A DNA stretch of 63,997 nucleotides from Opitutia bacterium (GTDB lineage Bacteria; Verrucomicrobiota; Verrucomicrobiia; Opitutales; T3Sed10-336). The stretch's first letter is position 1. Each line of letters begins with the position of its first letter. Shown here piece by piece: positions 49,310 through 59,976 of this stretch. The stretch lies in NCBI GenBank assembly GCA_050506795.1, contig JBJHCF010000031.1:1-63997 (forward strand). Reading direction: 5' to 3'. Made by a program: the position numbers and the translations under genes. The notes under the pieces are model-generated. The model was not told where the DNA came from and searched no databases. It saw only the letters and a list, made by a program, of their open reading frames with translations.

Positions 49310-50131
49310 ATGATTTACCGCGATATTCAGAACACCCGCGTTCCCGCTCTCGGCTTTGGCACCTTTCGCTTACTGGGCGACGTCTGTCGCAAACAGGTAC
49401 GCAAGGCCCTGGAGGCCGGATACCGGCACATCGACACCGCCCGGGTTTACGACAACGAGGAGGCAGTCGGCCAGGGAATCAGTGAATCGGGAGTGGACCG
49501 GTCTGAGATTTTCCTGACCTCCAAGGTCTGGATCGACGATCTGGAACCGGTAAAGGTCCGGCAGTCCACCGATAAGAGCCTCCGACTCCTGAAAACCGAT
49601 TATCTCGACCTCTACCTCATCCACTGGCCGAGCGACCGTTTTCCCATGGACGCCACCCTGGAAGCGCTGCAGGAGATGCAGACGGCGGGAAAGATTCGTC
49701 ACCTCGGCGTCAGCAACTTCCCGCCGGCCTATTTTCAACGGGCCATTGAAATCGCCCCGATATTCACCAATCAGGTCGAGTACCATCCGCTTCTGGGACA
49801 GAAGCGGCTGCTGGAACTGGCCCGCGAGCACGGGGTCCTGCTGACCGCCTACAGTCCGCTGGCCCAGGGCGACGTGCTGAAGGAACCGGTCCTGAAAGAA
49901 GTCGGCGCCAAACACGGCAAAAACGCCGCCCAGGTCTCCCTGCGGTGGCTCCTGCAACAGGACAACGTCGCCGCGATTCCCCGCAGCAGCAGTGAGAAAA
50001 ACCTTCACGCCAACTTCGATATCTTCGATTTCGAACTCGACGCCGAAGATCTGGAAAAAATCGAGCGCCTCCCGAAAAACGTCCGCACCATCAACCCCGC
50101 CTTCGCCCCCGACTGGGAGGACGAGGAGTGA
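49310..50131 (+). CDS. Aldo/keto reductase
   Basis: LGFGT, GYRHIDTA..Y.NE, TSKVW, DLYLIHWP, GVSNF, AYSPL, IPRS. Confidence 0.93.
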   Translation: MIYRDIQNTRVPALGFGTFRLLGDVCRKQVRKALEAGYRHIDTARVYDNEEAVGQGISESGVDRSEIFLTSKVWIDDLEPVKVRQSTDKSLRLLKTDYLDLYLIHWPSDRFPMDATLEALQEMQTAGKIRHLGVSNFPPAYFQRAIEIAPIFTNQVEYHPLLGQKRLLELAREHGVLLTAYSPLAQGDVLKEPVLKEVGAKHGKNAAQVSLRWLLQQDNVAAIPRSSSEKNLHANFDIFDFELDAEDLEKIERLPKNVRTINPAFAPDWEDEE

Positions 50132-50142
50132 GGGGGATTTTG

Positions 50143-51246
50143 CTACCTCACCACACGGCCGGAGCGGGCGCCGGCCATCAGGGCTTCGATTTCGGAGCGG
50201 CGGTTGAGGTTGAAATCACCCTCTACTGAATGGGCCAGGCAGGAGGCGGCCGTCGCGAACGCCACCGCTCTGGCGGGGTCGCGGTAGTCCTGGTGCTGCC
50301 GGGCGAAGATCAGGCCGGCGGCAAAGGAGTCCCCGGACCCCACCCGGTCGACAATCTGACGAATCTCATAAGCGGCGTAACGGCCGTCAGTGTCGAGCGG
50401 GGCAAAAAACGCGGCCCGGTCTTCCGCCGTATAAAGCATGGCGCCCCAGTTGTTGTGGCTGGCGGAAAGGCTCTGGCGCAGGGTAATGCCCACCTCGCGC
50501 ACCCGGGGAAACCGCTCCACGATCCTGGCGGCGACATCGGGATAACGATCGAGGTCCAGCCGGCCGTCGTCGACTTGCGTATGGCCAGCGTGGATACCGA
50601 GCACGTCGGAGGCATCGGCTTCATTGGCGATGACCACATCGACCGAAGGAAGGAGCTCCGCCATGACCCGTCCGGCCAACTCTCGCGGCGCCGTGCCCTC
50701 CTCCCACCGCCAAAGCTTCTCGCGAAAATTCAAGTCACAGGACACCGTCACGCCCATGGCGCGCGCCTGCTTCACCGCCGCCAGGCAGCAGGCGGCGGCA
50801 TTTTCGGAAAGCGCCGGAGTCACCCCGGTAAAGTGAAACCAGGCGGCGTCACGAAAAATGCGCTCCCAATCGTATTGATCCGGCGACACCAGCGAGACGC
50901 TGGAACCCGACCGGTCATACACCACCCGGCTGGGACGCTGATTGGCCCCGCGTTCGACAAAATACAGCCCCAGTCGCCCCTGATCGCTCAACCGAACGTT
51001 GTCCAACTCCACCCCGAAACCACGAAGCTCGGCCAGACAGGCTTCCGCGAGGGGATTGTCCGGCAAAGCGGTGACAAACGCCGCCCTGGCCCCCAGGCAA
51101 GCCAGCGACACCGCCACGTTCGCCTCCGCCCCGGCAAAGGTCACCTCCAGCCGTCCCGGCATCGCCTGCCGCAGACGCTCGAACCCCGGCGGACAAAGCC
51201 GGCCCATGATTTCGCCAAAGGTAACGGTTTTTCCTGATACACTCAT
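50143..51246 (-). CDS. PfkB-family sugar kinase (2-keto-3-deoxygluconate kinase-like)
   Basis: TFGEIM.RL, GAEANVA, V.YDR..S, DLNFR.KLW, DRVGSGDSFAAG. Confidence 0.88.
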   Translation of the reverse strand: MSVSGKTVTFGEIMGRLCPPGFERLRQAMPGRLEVTFAGAEANVAVSLACLGARAAFVTALPDNPLAEACLAELRGFGVELDNVRLSDQGRLGLYFVERGANQRPSRVVYDRSGSSVSLVSPDQYDWERIFRDAAWFHFTGVTPALSENAAACCLAAVKQARAMGVTVSCDLNFREKLWRWEEGTAPRELAGRVMAELLPSVDVVIANEADASDVLGIHAGHTQVDDGRLDLDRYPDVAARIVERFPRVREVGITLRQSLSASHNNWGAMLYTAEDRAAFFAPLDTDGRYAAYEIRQIVDRVGSGDSFAAGLIFARQHQDYRDPARAVAFATAASCLAHSVEGDFNLNRRSEIEALMAGARSGRVVR

Positions 51247-51400
51247 GATGCCTTCCCTGCCAACCACCCTACCGTCCCGGTCGGCTCACGGTAAAGCGCG
51301 TATGAGCTTATACCCCCCAATTCTCATTTGATCCGTTTTCGAGTCATCGGCGGATGCGGCGATACTCCTTCACCGATTGGTGAAGCTTCCGTCCCACCGC

Positions 51401-51781
51401 TCAATCGTTGGCCGCCTGGTAGGAAGCCTCGTCCATCAGGTCGTCAAGGTCGGACGGATCGTCCAGGCGAACCCGCAACATCCAGCCGTCCCCGGTGGCG
51501 GACTCATTCACCTTTTCCGGAGCATCCTCGAGGCTCTCGTTAACGGCGAGGATCTCGCCATTGACCGGGGCGTAGAGGTCGGAGGCCGCCTTGACCGATT
51601 CGACCACGCCGAAGCTTTCGCCTTTGGTCAACCGGTCGCCGGCGGAAGGGAGTTCCACAAAGGTAATATCCCCCAGGCTGTTTTGGGCGTAGTCCGAAAT
51701 TCCGATCAAGGCTTCCTGATCTCCTTCGAGACGCACCCATTCGTGAGTCTTGGCGTATTTAATTTGATTGCTGTCGCTCAT
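51401..51781 (-). CDS. gcvH: Glycine cleavage system H protein
   Basis: [29 protein letters not shown]. Confidence 0.96.
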   Translation of the reverse strand: MSDSNQIKYAKTHEWVRLEGDQEALIGISDYAQNSLGDITFVELPSAGDRLTKGESFGVVESVKAASDLYAPVNGEILAVNESLEDAPEKVNESATGDGWMLRVRLDDPSDLDDLMDEASYQAAND

Positions 51782-52917
51782 GTCGATTTATGCGCGGAAG
51801 TGTAAAAGGGAGGTTTGACCCATTGCAATGGAAAGCTTTTGCCCCGCAGTTCCGCTTGCACGGTACGGACTTTCAGGACCGAAGCCTCCACCAAAGCGCT
51901 GCCAATGGCTTCGTTGAGCATGGGAGACAACGTTCCCGACAAAACCCGACCGACTTCACGATTTTCGGCAAAAAGCGGGGTTCCCTCGCGCAGGATGCGG
52001 CGCTGGCCGGTGCGAAAGAAGGCGACCTTGCGGCCAACGCCCGCGGCCTTCTGTTGTTTCAGAGCGGATTTGCCAATAAAATCGGATTTCTTGCCCAATT
52101 TGACCGCCCAACCGAAACCAGCTTCAATCGGCGAAATGTCGTCGCTCAGTTCGTGACCATACAGCGGAAAGCCCGCCTCCAGCCGAAGACTGTCGCGCGC
52201 TCCGAGGCCCGCCAGGCGCAATCCGACCGATTCACCCGCCTCCAGGATGGCCCGGGCGAGGGGCTCCGTGTTGTTCCAGGGAGTGAACAGTTCGAATCCG
52301 GGCTCCCCGGTGTAGCCGGTACGGCTAATGAGCACATCCCAGCCCGCCACGGACGATTCCTCCAGTGCGAAGGACGGAAGGTGATCCAGAATGGCTTTGG
52401 TCAGGGGCTTCAGGATCTCGTCGGCCTTTGGTCCCTGCAATGCCAGCAACCCGTAGCGCCGGGAATCATCGCGCAGACTGCAGTCGAATTCCCCGAGGTG
52501 TCCCTCAATCCAGGCAAAATCCTTCTCACAATTGCTGGCGTTGACACACAAGAGGAACGATTCCGGTCCGGTACGGTAGGCGATCAGGTCATCGACGACC
52601 CCGCCCTCCGGGTGGCACATCAGATTGTACTGGGCACGCCCCTCGGCCAGCCGGGTGATATCATTGGTCAGCACCGTATCAAGAAAAGCCGCCGCCTGGG
52701 GGCCGGCCACCGTGAATTCGCCCATGTGGCTGACGTCAAAAAGCCCGGCCGCCTCGCGCACGGCGCGATGCTCCTCCAGGATGCCTCCGTATTGCACCGG
52801 CATTTCCCAGCCGGCGAAATCGACCATGCGCGCCCCCTGTTCGCGATGAAACGCGTTCAACGGAGTTTTTTTGAGTTCGGTCTGTGGTCCCGAGGAATCC
52901 TGGTTATGATCTGACAT
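51778..52917 (-). CDS. gcvT: Glycine cleavage system aminomethyltransferase T
   Basis: [49 protein letters not shown]. Confidence 0.96.
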   Translation of the reverse strand: MSDHNQDSSGPQTELKKTPLNAFHREQGARMVDFAGWEMPVQYGGILEEHRAVREAAGLFDVSHMGEFTVAGPQAAAFLDTVLTNDITRLAEGRAQYNLMCHPEGGVVDDLIAYRTGPESFLLCVNASNCEKDFAWIEGHLGEFDCSLRDDSRRYGLLALQGPKADEILKPLTKAILDHLPSFALEESSVAGWDVLISRTGYTGEPGFELFTPWNNTEPLARAILEAGESVGLRLAGLGARDSLRLEAGFPLYGHELSDDISPIEAGFGWAVKLGKKSDFIGKSALKQQKAAGVGRKVAFFRTGQRRILREGTPLFAENREVGRVLSGTLSPMLNEAIGSALVEASVLKVRTVQAELRGKSFPLQWVKPPFYTSAHKST

Positions 52918-52964
52918 AGGTCTTTCCAACCTCCGGCAACACCGGGTTGATTTAAAGAAAAAAA

Positions 52965-53522
52965 TCAGGCGCCGGCCAGCAGTGCGTCTACCCGCTCGAC
53001 AATCCGTTCCACCGCCAGAAGGCGCCCCTGCCCCTCGTAACCGCAGGCCAGCATTCCTTCCTCCGGTCCGACAAAAACATGACCCCGCCCCGCCAGAATT
53101 CGTCGGTTTTCCACCGTCGCGGGATGATCGTACATCTTTCCGTTCATAGCCGGAGCCAGCACCACCGGCGCCCGGCAGGCCAGATAGAGTGAACATAGCT
53201 CGTCGTCGGCCAACCCGTGCGCCATGCGGGCCATCACGTTGGCGGTGGCCGGAGCGATCAGGAGGAGATCCGCCTTGTCCGCCAATTCAATATGTCCCGG
53301 CTGCCAACCCCCGCCCTCCGCCCACAGGTTCGTGGTCACGGGGTTGCGACTGAGAGATTGCAGCGTCAAGGGCGCGATAAACCGGGTCGCCGCGGCGGTC
53401 ATTACCACAAAGACATCCGCATCCCGTCGGCGCAGAAGGCCGACCAGCTCAGCCGCCTTGTAGGCCGCGATCGATCCCGACACGCCGAGCACCACGGTTT
53501 TCCCCTGAAGCGAGCCTTTCAT
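52965..53522 (-). CDS. coaC: Phosphopantothenoylcysteine decarboxylase (stand-alone flavoprotein domain)
   Basis: GVSGSIAAYKA, HIELA..AD, APATAN, APAMN..MY, G.LACG..G.GRL; no CoaB half. Confidence 0.85.
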   Translation of the reverse strand: MKGSLQGKTVVLGVSGSIAAYKAAELVGLLRRRDADVFVVMTAAATRFIAPLTLQSLSRNPVTTNLWAEGGGWQPGHIELADKADLLLIAPATANVMARMAHGLADDELCSLYLACRAPVVLAPAMNGKMYDHPATVENRRILAGRGHVFVGPEEGMLACGYEGQGRLLAVERIVERVDALLAGA

Positions 53523-53753
53523 GCCGAAAAGGCAATCGTTACGCGGTCGTTCCAGCAAGCCTTTTCGGACCGCCGAGTCGATCGTCACCTTCGGGTGCCG
53601 GGTTTTCGATCCTTTTCCCGCGGAGTGCGGCCGCTGAAACCACGGACCGCCCCCAACTGCCCGCTTGGCAGATTTCCACCTCCATGTTATAGTCTGATCG
53701 TTCGCCGAGGTCGGCCGCTGAAGGTCTCCTCAAAATCAGCGGAAAAACCTGAC

Positions 53754-55982
53754 GTGAAATTGGGAATCAGAATCAAGTTCGCGGGGATACTGGCACTGGC
53801 AACGGTGCTGCCGATTGTCGCCGGTCTCGTCGCGATCAACGTGCTCGGGTTTAAAGGCTACCGCGCGGCGGAGGGAAAGCGGTTTCAGGGACAGGCCGAG
53901 CAAATGGCCGATTACCTGTCGCTGACGGTGAACAAATCGGTCAAAAACCTTCATGACTGGCTTGTCCTCTCCTATTTCCCCCAACGTTTGCAGGAAATCA
54001 ACGACAACGCCCCTTTGCCTGAGAGCGAGGAATTCGCCGCGCGAGTGATCGAGATGGAGGCCCTTTGGCCGGATCTGACTCCGGACGATCCCGAACTGCA
54101 AGCCGTGCTGACCCACGACCTGGCCGCGGACCTGCGCAGGTTTCAATCGATCAATCCTCACTTCGTCGAAATCTTCGTAACCGGCTCTTCCGGGACTCTG
54201 GTGGCAACCACCAACAAGACCACGGACTACTGGCAGGCCAACGAACGCTGGTGGCAGGAGGGAGTGCGAACCGGTTTCCAGGACGCCCACATTGAAGGAA
54301 TCAACTTCGATCCCAGCGCGGGAGTTTATTCCTTCGACCTGGCGGTTCCGATCCGAGATCCCCAGACACCGGACGCCCCCCCGGAAGGGGTGGTCAAAGC
54401 TGTGGTACAGGCATCGACGCTCTTTTTCGACCTGGCCACCCGCGTCTCACCGGATCACGTCCGCTGGAAGTGCATCCTCCCGGACGGGAGAATTCTTTTC
54501 GCCCTCGATCGCGCTCCCCTGGAAGCCAGTGTCAGTCCCGAAACCAGCCGGGCGCTGGCCGACGCGGAGAAGGGATGGCTGGTCGGACGGCTGAATGACT
54601 CCGAGCGGTCCATGGCCGGGTTCACCCAACTGCCCTGGCAGGCAGTGTCCACGGACATGAAGCCGGCAACGCCGTCACCTGAAACATTGCGCCACCAGAT
54701 CGAATTGTTCGCGACCTCGGGCCTGACTGAACTTGTGATCGCCGAAGAGGCGGAGCATCTTTATATCCTGGTACACGCACCGTGGACCGAGGTGTTCGCG
54801 CCGGTGCGGGAGCAACTTCGCAACATCACCCTGGCCGGGATTGTCTTTATTATTCTGAGCACCGCGGCGGGCTTCGTCATTGCACGGACCGAGTTGATCC
54901 GACCAATTCGCCTGCTGCAGAATGCCGCTCGCAACATCGCCGCTACCGCTCGCCTTTCCGACCGGGACGACCTCCCTTACGCCGCCGGATCGATCCCCGG
55001 TCCAACCCAGCGCTCGCTGGACCGGGTGCGCGCCATACGCAGCACCGATGAACTCGGAGACCTCTCCCGCGACTTTGAAGCGATGGCCAACCGGGTACTG
55101 CGATACAACGAACACCTCAAGGCGGACCTCAATGCCAAGACCCGCGAGATCCAAAAGGAGCTCGATCTGGCCCGGGAGTTCCAGGAGGCGCTCATGCCAC
55201 GAAGCTATCCCGCGGTCCCCTCGTATGACAGCACGGCGGACCTGCGCCTGAAATTTCATCATCTATACCTGCCGGCCAGCACGGTGGGGGGAGATTTTTT
55301 CAATGTCATCAAACTGGACGAGGACCGCGCCGGCATCTTCATTGCCGACGTCATGGGCCACGGCGCCCGTTCAGCGCTGGTAACCGCAATTATAGGCACC
55401 CTCCTGCAGGACTTTGCCACCACAAGCAACAACCCGGCTGAAGTAATGCGCCTGATGAATCGGCACTTTATCAAGATCATGCGGCACTGCGAGGATTTTG
55501 TCTTTGTGTCGGCGTTCTACATGATCATCGACACCGAGAAACGCGAAATCACCCACGCCGCCGCCGGGCACCCGGCTCCCCTCCGCGCTGATCGTCGGAC
55601 CGGCCTGGTCGAACCGCTCTATTCGAGCCACGCAAGCGGTTCGGCGCTCGGACTGCTGCCGGACTCCGAGTATATCAATGTTCGTGGACCGCTCAATGAA
55701 GGCACTCTTTTCTTTCTTTTCACCGACGGAATCGTGGAGGCCGTCAACAACCGGAACGAAGAATTCGGCTATTCGCGCCTGCAACGAGTCGTTGAAAAAA
55801 AGCTCAACTCCGGTCTTGCGGTGATTTCCGAATCCATCCTGAAGCACCTCGTTTCCTTTTCCCGCAGGTCCGCCTTTCCGGACGACATTTGCTTCGTTGC
55901 GGTCGAGGTCGAAAAGAACGAATACGCCCCACAGACCGTCATGGCCGAAGGCGAGTCCGAGGGACGGAAACCCATCGGTTGA
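53754..55982 (+). CDS. Membrane sensor with Cache-like and HAMP regions and a SpoIIE/PP2C phosphatase domain
   Basis: TM-periplasmic (TTDYWQA.E.WW)-TM, DELGDL...F..M, ARE.Q..L.P, VGGDFF, IADVMGHG, AGHP, FTDGIVEA, DDI; start estimated at GTG 53754. Confidence 0.88.
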   Translation: MKLGIRIKFAGILALATVLPIVAGLVAINVLGFKGYRAAEGKRFQGQAEQMADYLSLTVNKSVKNLHDWLVLSYFPQRLQEINDNAPLPESEEFAARVIEMEALWPDLTPDDPELQAVLTHDLAADLRRFQSINPHFVEIFVTGSSGTLVATTNKTTDYWQANERWWQEGVRTGFQDAHIEGINFDPSAGVYSFDLAVPIRDPQTPDAPPEGVVKAVVQASTLFFDLATRVSPDHVRWKCILPDGRILFALDRAPLEASVSPETSRALADAEKGWLVGRLNDSERSMAGFTQLPWQAVSTDMKPATPSPETLRHQIELFATSGLTELVIAEEAEHLYILVHAPWTEVFAPVREQLRNITLAGIVFIILSTAAGFVIARTELIRPIRLLQNAARNIAATARLSDRDDLPYAAGSIPGPTQRSLDRVRAIRSTDELGDLSRDFEAMANRVLRYNEHLKADLNAKTREIQKELDLAREFQEALMPRSYPAVPSYDSTADLRLKFHHLYLPASTVGGDFFNVIKLDEDRAGIFIADVMGHGARSALVTAIIGTLLQDFATTSNNPAEVMRLMNRHFIKIMRHCEDFVFVSAFYMIIDTEKREITHAAAGHPAPLRADRRTGLVEPLYSSHASGSALGLLPDSEYINVRGPLNEGTLFFLFTDGIVEAVNNRNEEFGYSRLQRVVEKKLNSGLAVISESILKHLVSFSRRSAFPDDICFVAVEVEKNEYAPQTVMAEGESEGRKPIG

Positions 55983-56038
55983 TCGGCAGTCGATAGGCGG
56001 TACTCCTTCCCCGTGCGGGATTGTTGATTCTTTAATGG

Positions 56039-58825
56039 CTACTGATTTTCCTTCGCAGCCGTGTCGCTGAGTTGAAGATCGGTGGCCGGTGCATGCGGTT
56101 TTTCCAACCGCCGCCAGACCGCCTTTTCGGCTTCGACCACGAAGAAGATGATCAACCCGGCCAAAGCCATCAAGGCCCATGCCACCGCCGGGAGTCCCTC
56201 AGTGGCGAAAAGGAACTGCATGGGCGGCGCGTAAGTGAATGCCAATTGCAAAACGATGATGATCCCCACGGCGTAAAGGACGTACCGGTTTCCGGTCAGG
56301 CCCTCCCAACTCAACGATGAGCGCGTGTCGAATCGGCTGTTGAACAGATAAAAAATCTCACCGATCACCAGGGCGTTGACCGCGTAGGTCTGCGCCAGGG
56401 CCTCAGACGCGCCCTGCATTCGAGCGGTCATGAAAAACCCGAACGTCGTGGCCAGCAGCAGCACCGAAACAAACATGATGCGCCAAATCCCGAAAAACGT
56501 GAGCAAGGGCTGCCCAGGGGGCCGTGGCGGGCGCCGCATGATTCCCGGCTCGGCCGGCTCGAAGGCCAAAGCCAGCGCCAGAGTGACCGCGGTGACCATG
56601 TTGACCCAAAGGATTTGCGGCGGCGTGATGGGCATCACCGCCGCCCCCACCATCACCGCCGCGATAATGGTAAAAGCCTGCCCCCCATTGGTCGGAAGAA
56701 TGAAGTGAATCGACTTCTTAATGTTGGCATAAACGGTGCGCCCCTCGCGGACCGCCGCGGTGATGGACGCGAAATTATCGTCCGCCAGCACCATTTCCGA
56801 CGCCTGCTTGGAAACCTCGGTTCCCTTGATCCCCATGGCCACGCCCACACTGGCCTGTTTGAGCGCGGGAGCGTCGTTCACCCCGTCGCCGGTCATCGCA
56901 ACCACCTCACCACAGGCGTGCAGGGCGCGTACGAGACGGAGTTTGTGCTCCGGACTGGTCCGGGCAAAGACGTCGACGTCCGGCGCGCGCCGGACCAGTT
57001 CCTCATCGGGCATTTTTTCCAGATCCTCACCGGTCAGGTAGGTCTCTCCATCGCCAATACCCAGCTCCTTTCCAATGCTGACCGCGGTCAATGCGTGGTC
57101 GCCCGTTATCATCTTCACCCGGATACCGCCGGAGCGGCATTCCGCAATGGCGTCGACCACCTCGGACCGGGGCGGATCGATCAACCCGGTGAGACCGAGA
57201 AAAACAAACCCATCCTCCACATCGGAAAAGCTGAGACTGGTTTTCTCCTCATCAAATTGTTTAACGGCAAAACCGAGCATCCGTTGCCCGCGCCGGGCGA
57301 TTCGTTCCATGGCGCCTTTCCAGAATTCGGCATCCACGGATTCATCACCCTCGGAACCGCGCTGCGAGACACACCGTTCAATCACCTGTTCCGGAGCACC
57401 CTTCAGGTAGACAAAGGTTCCTCCCTGGTGATCGTGATGCAGGGTGGCCATAAAACGGTGCTCCGACTCAAAGGGAATGGAATCGGTCCGCGGAGTATTC
57501 TGAAGTTCAGCTTCGGTTTCCAAACCGCTTTTTAGCCCGAGCGACAAAAGTGCGCCCTCAGTTGGATCGCCTTCCAGGCTCCATCCGTCACCGGACTCCC
57601 GATTGAGGCTGGAATCGTTGCACAAGAGGCCCACCCGCGCCAACTCCTGCAAAACGGAATGTGCTTTCGCTTCGACCGCCTCCGGGTGAGAATCCGAGTC
57701 CGAAAAAATCGCCTCAGCTCCACCGGGCAACTCCATAATGTCTCCCTCGGGGGCATAGCCGGAACCGCTGACATCAAAAACCCGATCCGCGGTGATCACC
57801 GTTTTCACCATCATTTCGTTGCGCGTGAGCGTGCCCGTTTTGTCGGAACAGATCACCGTTACCGAACCGAGCGTTTCCACCGCGGGCAACTTGCGCACGA
57901 TGGCGTTGCGTTTGGCCATTTGCTGAACCCCGATGGCCAGGGTAATGGTGATGATCGCGGGCAAGCCTTCCGGAATGGCCGCTACCGCCACGCCGACCAT
58001 GGCCAGGAAAATGGTGGAGAAATCGTAATCCCGCACGACGTATCCGAAGATGAAAGCCAGGGCACAGACCCCCAGGATGGCGGCCGTCAGCGCCCGGCCG
58101 AATCCGGCGATCTGCCTCAACAAAGGCGTCACCATCGCTTCCACCGCACTGAGCATTTCGTTAATCCGACCCAGCTCCGTTTCCGCTCCGGTGGCGACCA
58201 CAACGCCGCTCGCCTGGCCGTAGGTGACCAGCGTACCGGAGTAAGCCATACACTTGCGATCGCCCACCACCGCCTCTTCGCCGGCCGGGTCAACCTCCTT
58301 TGCCACCGCCACTGATTCTCCGGTAAGGGCGGCTTCGTCAACCCGCAGGCTTTTCACCTCGAACAGCCGCAGATCGGCCGGCACTTTGTCACCCGACTGA
58401 AGAAAAACGATGTCGCCCGGAACCAGTTCCTCCGAAGGAATCGACTTTCGGGCGCCTTCGCGTCGCACCAGCGCGTTCAGCGACAGCATCTTGCGAATCG
58501 AATCGATCGCCCGTTCCGCCTTTCCCTCCTGGATGAAGCCGATAATCGCATTGATCAGGACCACCCCGAATATGACCCCGGTATCGATCCAGTGCCCGAG
58601 AATCGCCGTGACCACGGCGGCGGCGATCAGGACATATATCAGTACATTATGAAACTGCAGAAGAAATCGCTTGATCGGGCCGTGACGTGGAGGCGGAGGT
58701 AGAACGTTACGCCCGTACTGCTCCCGCCGTCGCTCGACTTCGTCGCGGCTCAATCCCTCGGGACTGGTCTCCAACAGGTTAATTACCTCGTCCTTCTCAA
58801 TCGCGTGCCAGTTGGTTTTACTCAT
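56039..58825 (-). CDS. Cation-transporting P-type ATPase (type II, CtpF/PacL-like)
   Basis: LTGES, IPEGLP, CSDKTGTLT, KGAPE, MITGD, TGDGVNDAPAL. Confidence 0.95.
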   Translation of the reverse strand: MSKTNWHAIEKDEVINLLETSPEGLSRDEVERRREQYGRNVLPPPPRHGPIKRFLLQFHNVLIYVLIAAAVVTAILGHWIDTGVIFGVVLINAIIGFIQEGKAERAIDSIRKMLSLNALVRREGARKSIPSEELVPGDIVFLQSGDKVPADLRLFEVKSLRVDEAALTGESVAVAKEVDPAGEEAVVGDRKCMAYSGTLVTYGQASGVVVATGAETELGRINEMLSAVEAMVTPLLRQIAGFGRALTAAILGVCALAFIFGYVVRDYDFSTIFLAMVGVAVAAIPEGLPAIITITLAIGVQQMAKRNAIVRKLPAVETLGSVTVICSDKTGTLTRNEMMVKTVITADRVFDVSGSGYAPEGDIMELPGGAEAIFSDSDSHPEAVEAKAHSVLQELARVGLLCNDSSLNRESGDGWSLEGDPTEGALLSLGLKSGLETEAELQNTPRTDSIPFESEHRFMATLHHDHQGGTFVYLKGAPEQVIERCVSQRGSEGDESVDAEFWKGAMERIARRGQRMLGFAVKQFDEEKTSLSFSDVEDGFVFLGLTGLIDPPRSEVVDAIAECRSGGIRVKMITGDHALTAVSIGKELGIGDGETYLTGEDLEKMPDEELVRRAPDVDVFARTSPEHKLRLVRALHACGEVVAMTGDGVNDAPALKQASVGVAMGIKGTEVSKQASEMVLADDNFASITAAVREGRTVYANIKKSIHFILPTNGGQAFTIIAAVMVGAAVMPITPPQILWVNMVTAVTLALALAFEPAEPGIMRRPPRPPGQPLLTFFGIWRIMFVSVLLLATTFGFFMTARMQGASEALAQTYAVNALVIGEIFYLFNSRFDTRSSLSWEGLTGNRYVLYAVGIIIVLQLAFTYAPPMQFLFATEGLPAVAWALMALAGLIIFFVVEAEKAVWRRLEKPHAPATDLQLSDTAAKENQ

Positions 58826-59137
58826 GACTGCCTCGGGTTGCGCATTCAGCAATACATAAAACCATCCCGGCGGTAAAGAATGACTGATTCCATTGGACGC
58901 CATAACGTCGAGTATCAGCGGAACGCGCACCGGTCATCAGGAAACGAAATACTTCAAAGGCAATTTTCCTGCAGGGTGGCAATTAAACGCCGGCACGGCA
59001 TTGCATTGACAAGGAAACCCCGCGGAATTACCTTTTAGAAACCCTGATAGGGTGAATTAACCACACTTAACACACACATTGGCGTCTTGCGCGCCACCGA
59101 TCACTCGAATGGCGTGACGGACGCCGGAAAGGCGGCC

Positions 59138-59626
59138 ATGAAACGAGATCCTCGCGAGATTCCGGCATTGCTGGTGTCGAATCGGGATATCCATTTCGAA
59201 CTGCTGCGGATTTACCTGGGCATCGCCCTTTTTGTTCGCGGCATGGTGTTCTTCGCCTATGAAGGCGACGATCCCCTCTTCGGTTACGGCGACAGCATCG
59301 GAACCCTTTTCGCCCAGGGGGCCTGGGCGCACTACATTATCGGCGCTCACCTGGCCGGCGGTCTGATGCTCGCGGTCGGATTGCTGACACGAATCGCGGC
59401 CCTGGTGCAAATCCCGGTGCTGTTTGTCGCGGTTTTCTTTGTCCACTTCCAGGAAGGGCTTTTCGCCGCCGGGCAGAACCTCGAACTCTCCGCCCTGGTG
59501 CTTTTCCTCCTGATCCTCACCCTGCTGCACGGCTCGGGCCGCTGGTCGGTGGATGCCTGGCTCGACCGGACCGGCAGCAACGAAAAAAAACCGGAGGAAA
59601 ATCTGGTATCGGCCGAACGGAGATAA
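59138..59626 (+). CDS. DoxX-family membrane protein
   Basis: LLRIYLG, GGL.L.VGLLTR.AAL, G.GRWS.D. Confidence 0.85.
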   Translation: MKRDPREIPALLVSNRDIHFELLRIYLGIALFVRGMVFFAYEGDDPLFGYGDSIGTLFAQGAWAHYIIGAHLAGGLMLAVGLLTRIAALVQIPVLFVAVFFVHFQEGLFAAGQNLELSALVLFLLILTLLHGSGRWSVDAWLDRTGSNEKKPEENLVSAERR

Positions 59627-59869
59627 GGCCCGGGATACGCGGAACAGACCTCCCGGCGGATCGCATCGGCTCTTCCCCTGGAGGGCCATGCTCCCGCATT
59701 GCCCATCTTGCCCGCACACCGGCGGCTCCAGGAAGGGGAAGCGTGATCCCGTCTCGATTAGGTTTCATCAAACGATAAACCGCCGTAACCGAGTGGCATT
59801 CCTCCTAGAATCCTAAAACCTCGAAAGTTGTTGTAGTTAAGTCAAGTTTTTCAAATGGATGCGAAAAAA

Positions 59870-59918
59870 GTAGCTCACGCTTCCAGCGTGAATTTCGCAC
59901 GCAAGATGCGTGCACTAC
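59870..59918. repeat. Inverted pair of GTAG-type REP palindromes
   Basis: GTAG-CTCACGCTTCCAGCGTGA and, on the minus strand, GTAG-TGCACGCATCTTGCGTGC. Confidence 0.55.
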
Positions 59919-59976
59919 TTCGGGTCTGAGGCTACGCCTCGCTGCTAGGAGTCTGTCGGGCTTCGCCGACAGGCTG

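Noticed and set aside
53217..53753. N-terminal extension of the 921-aa ORF
   Set aside because: It overlaps the coaC-like gene on the opposite strand; the real protein probably starts near 53754.
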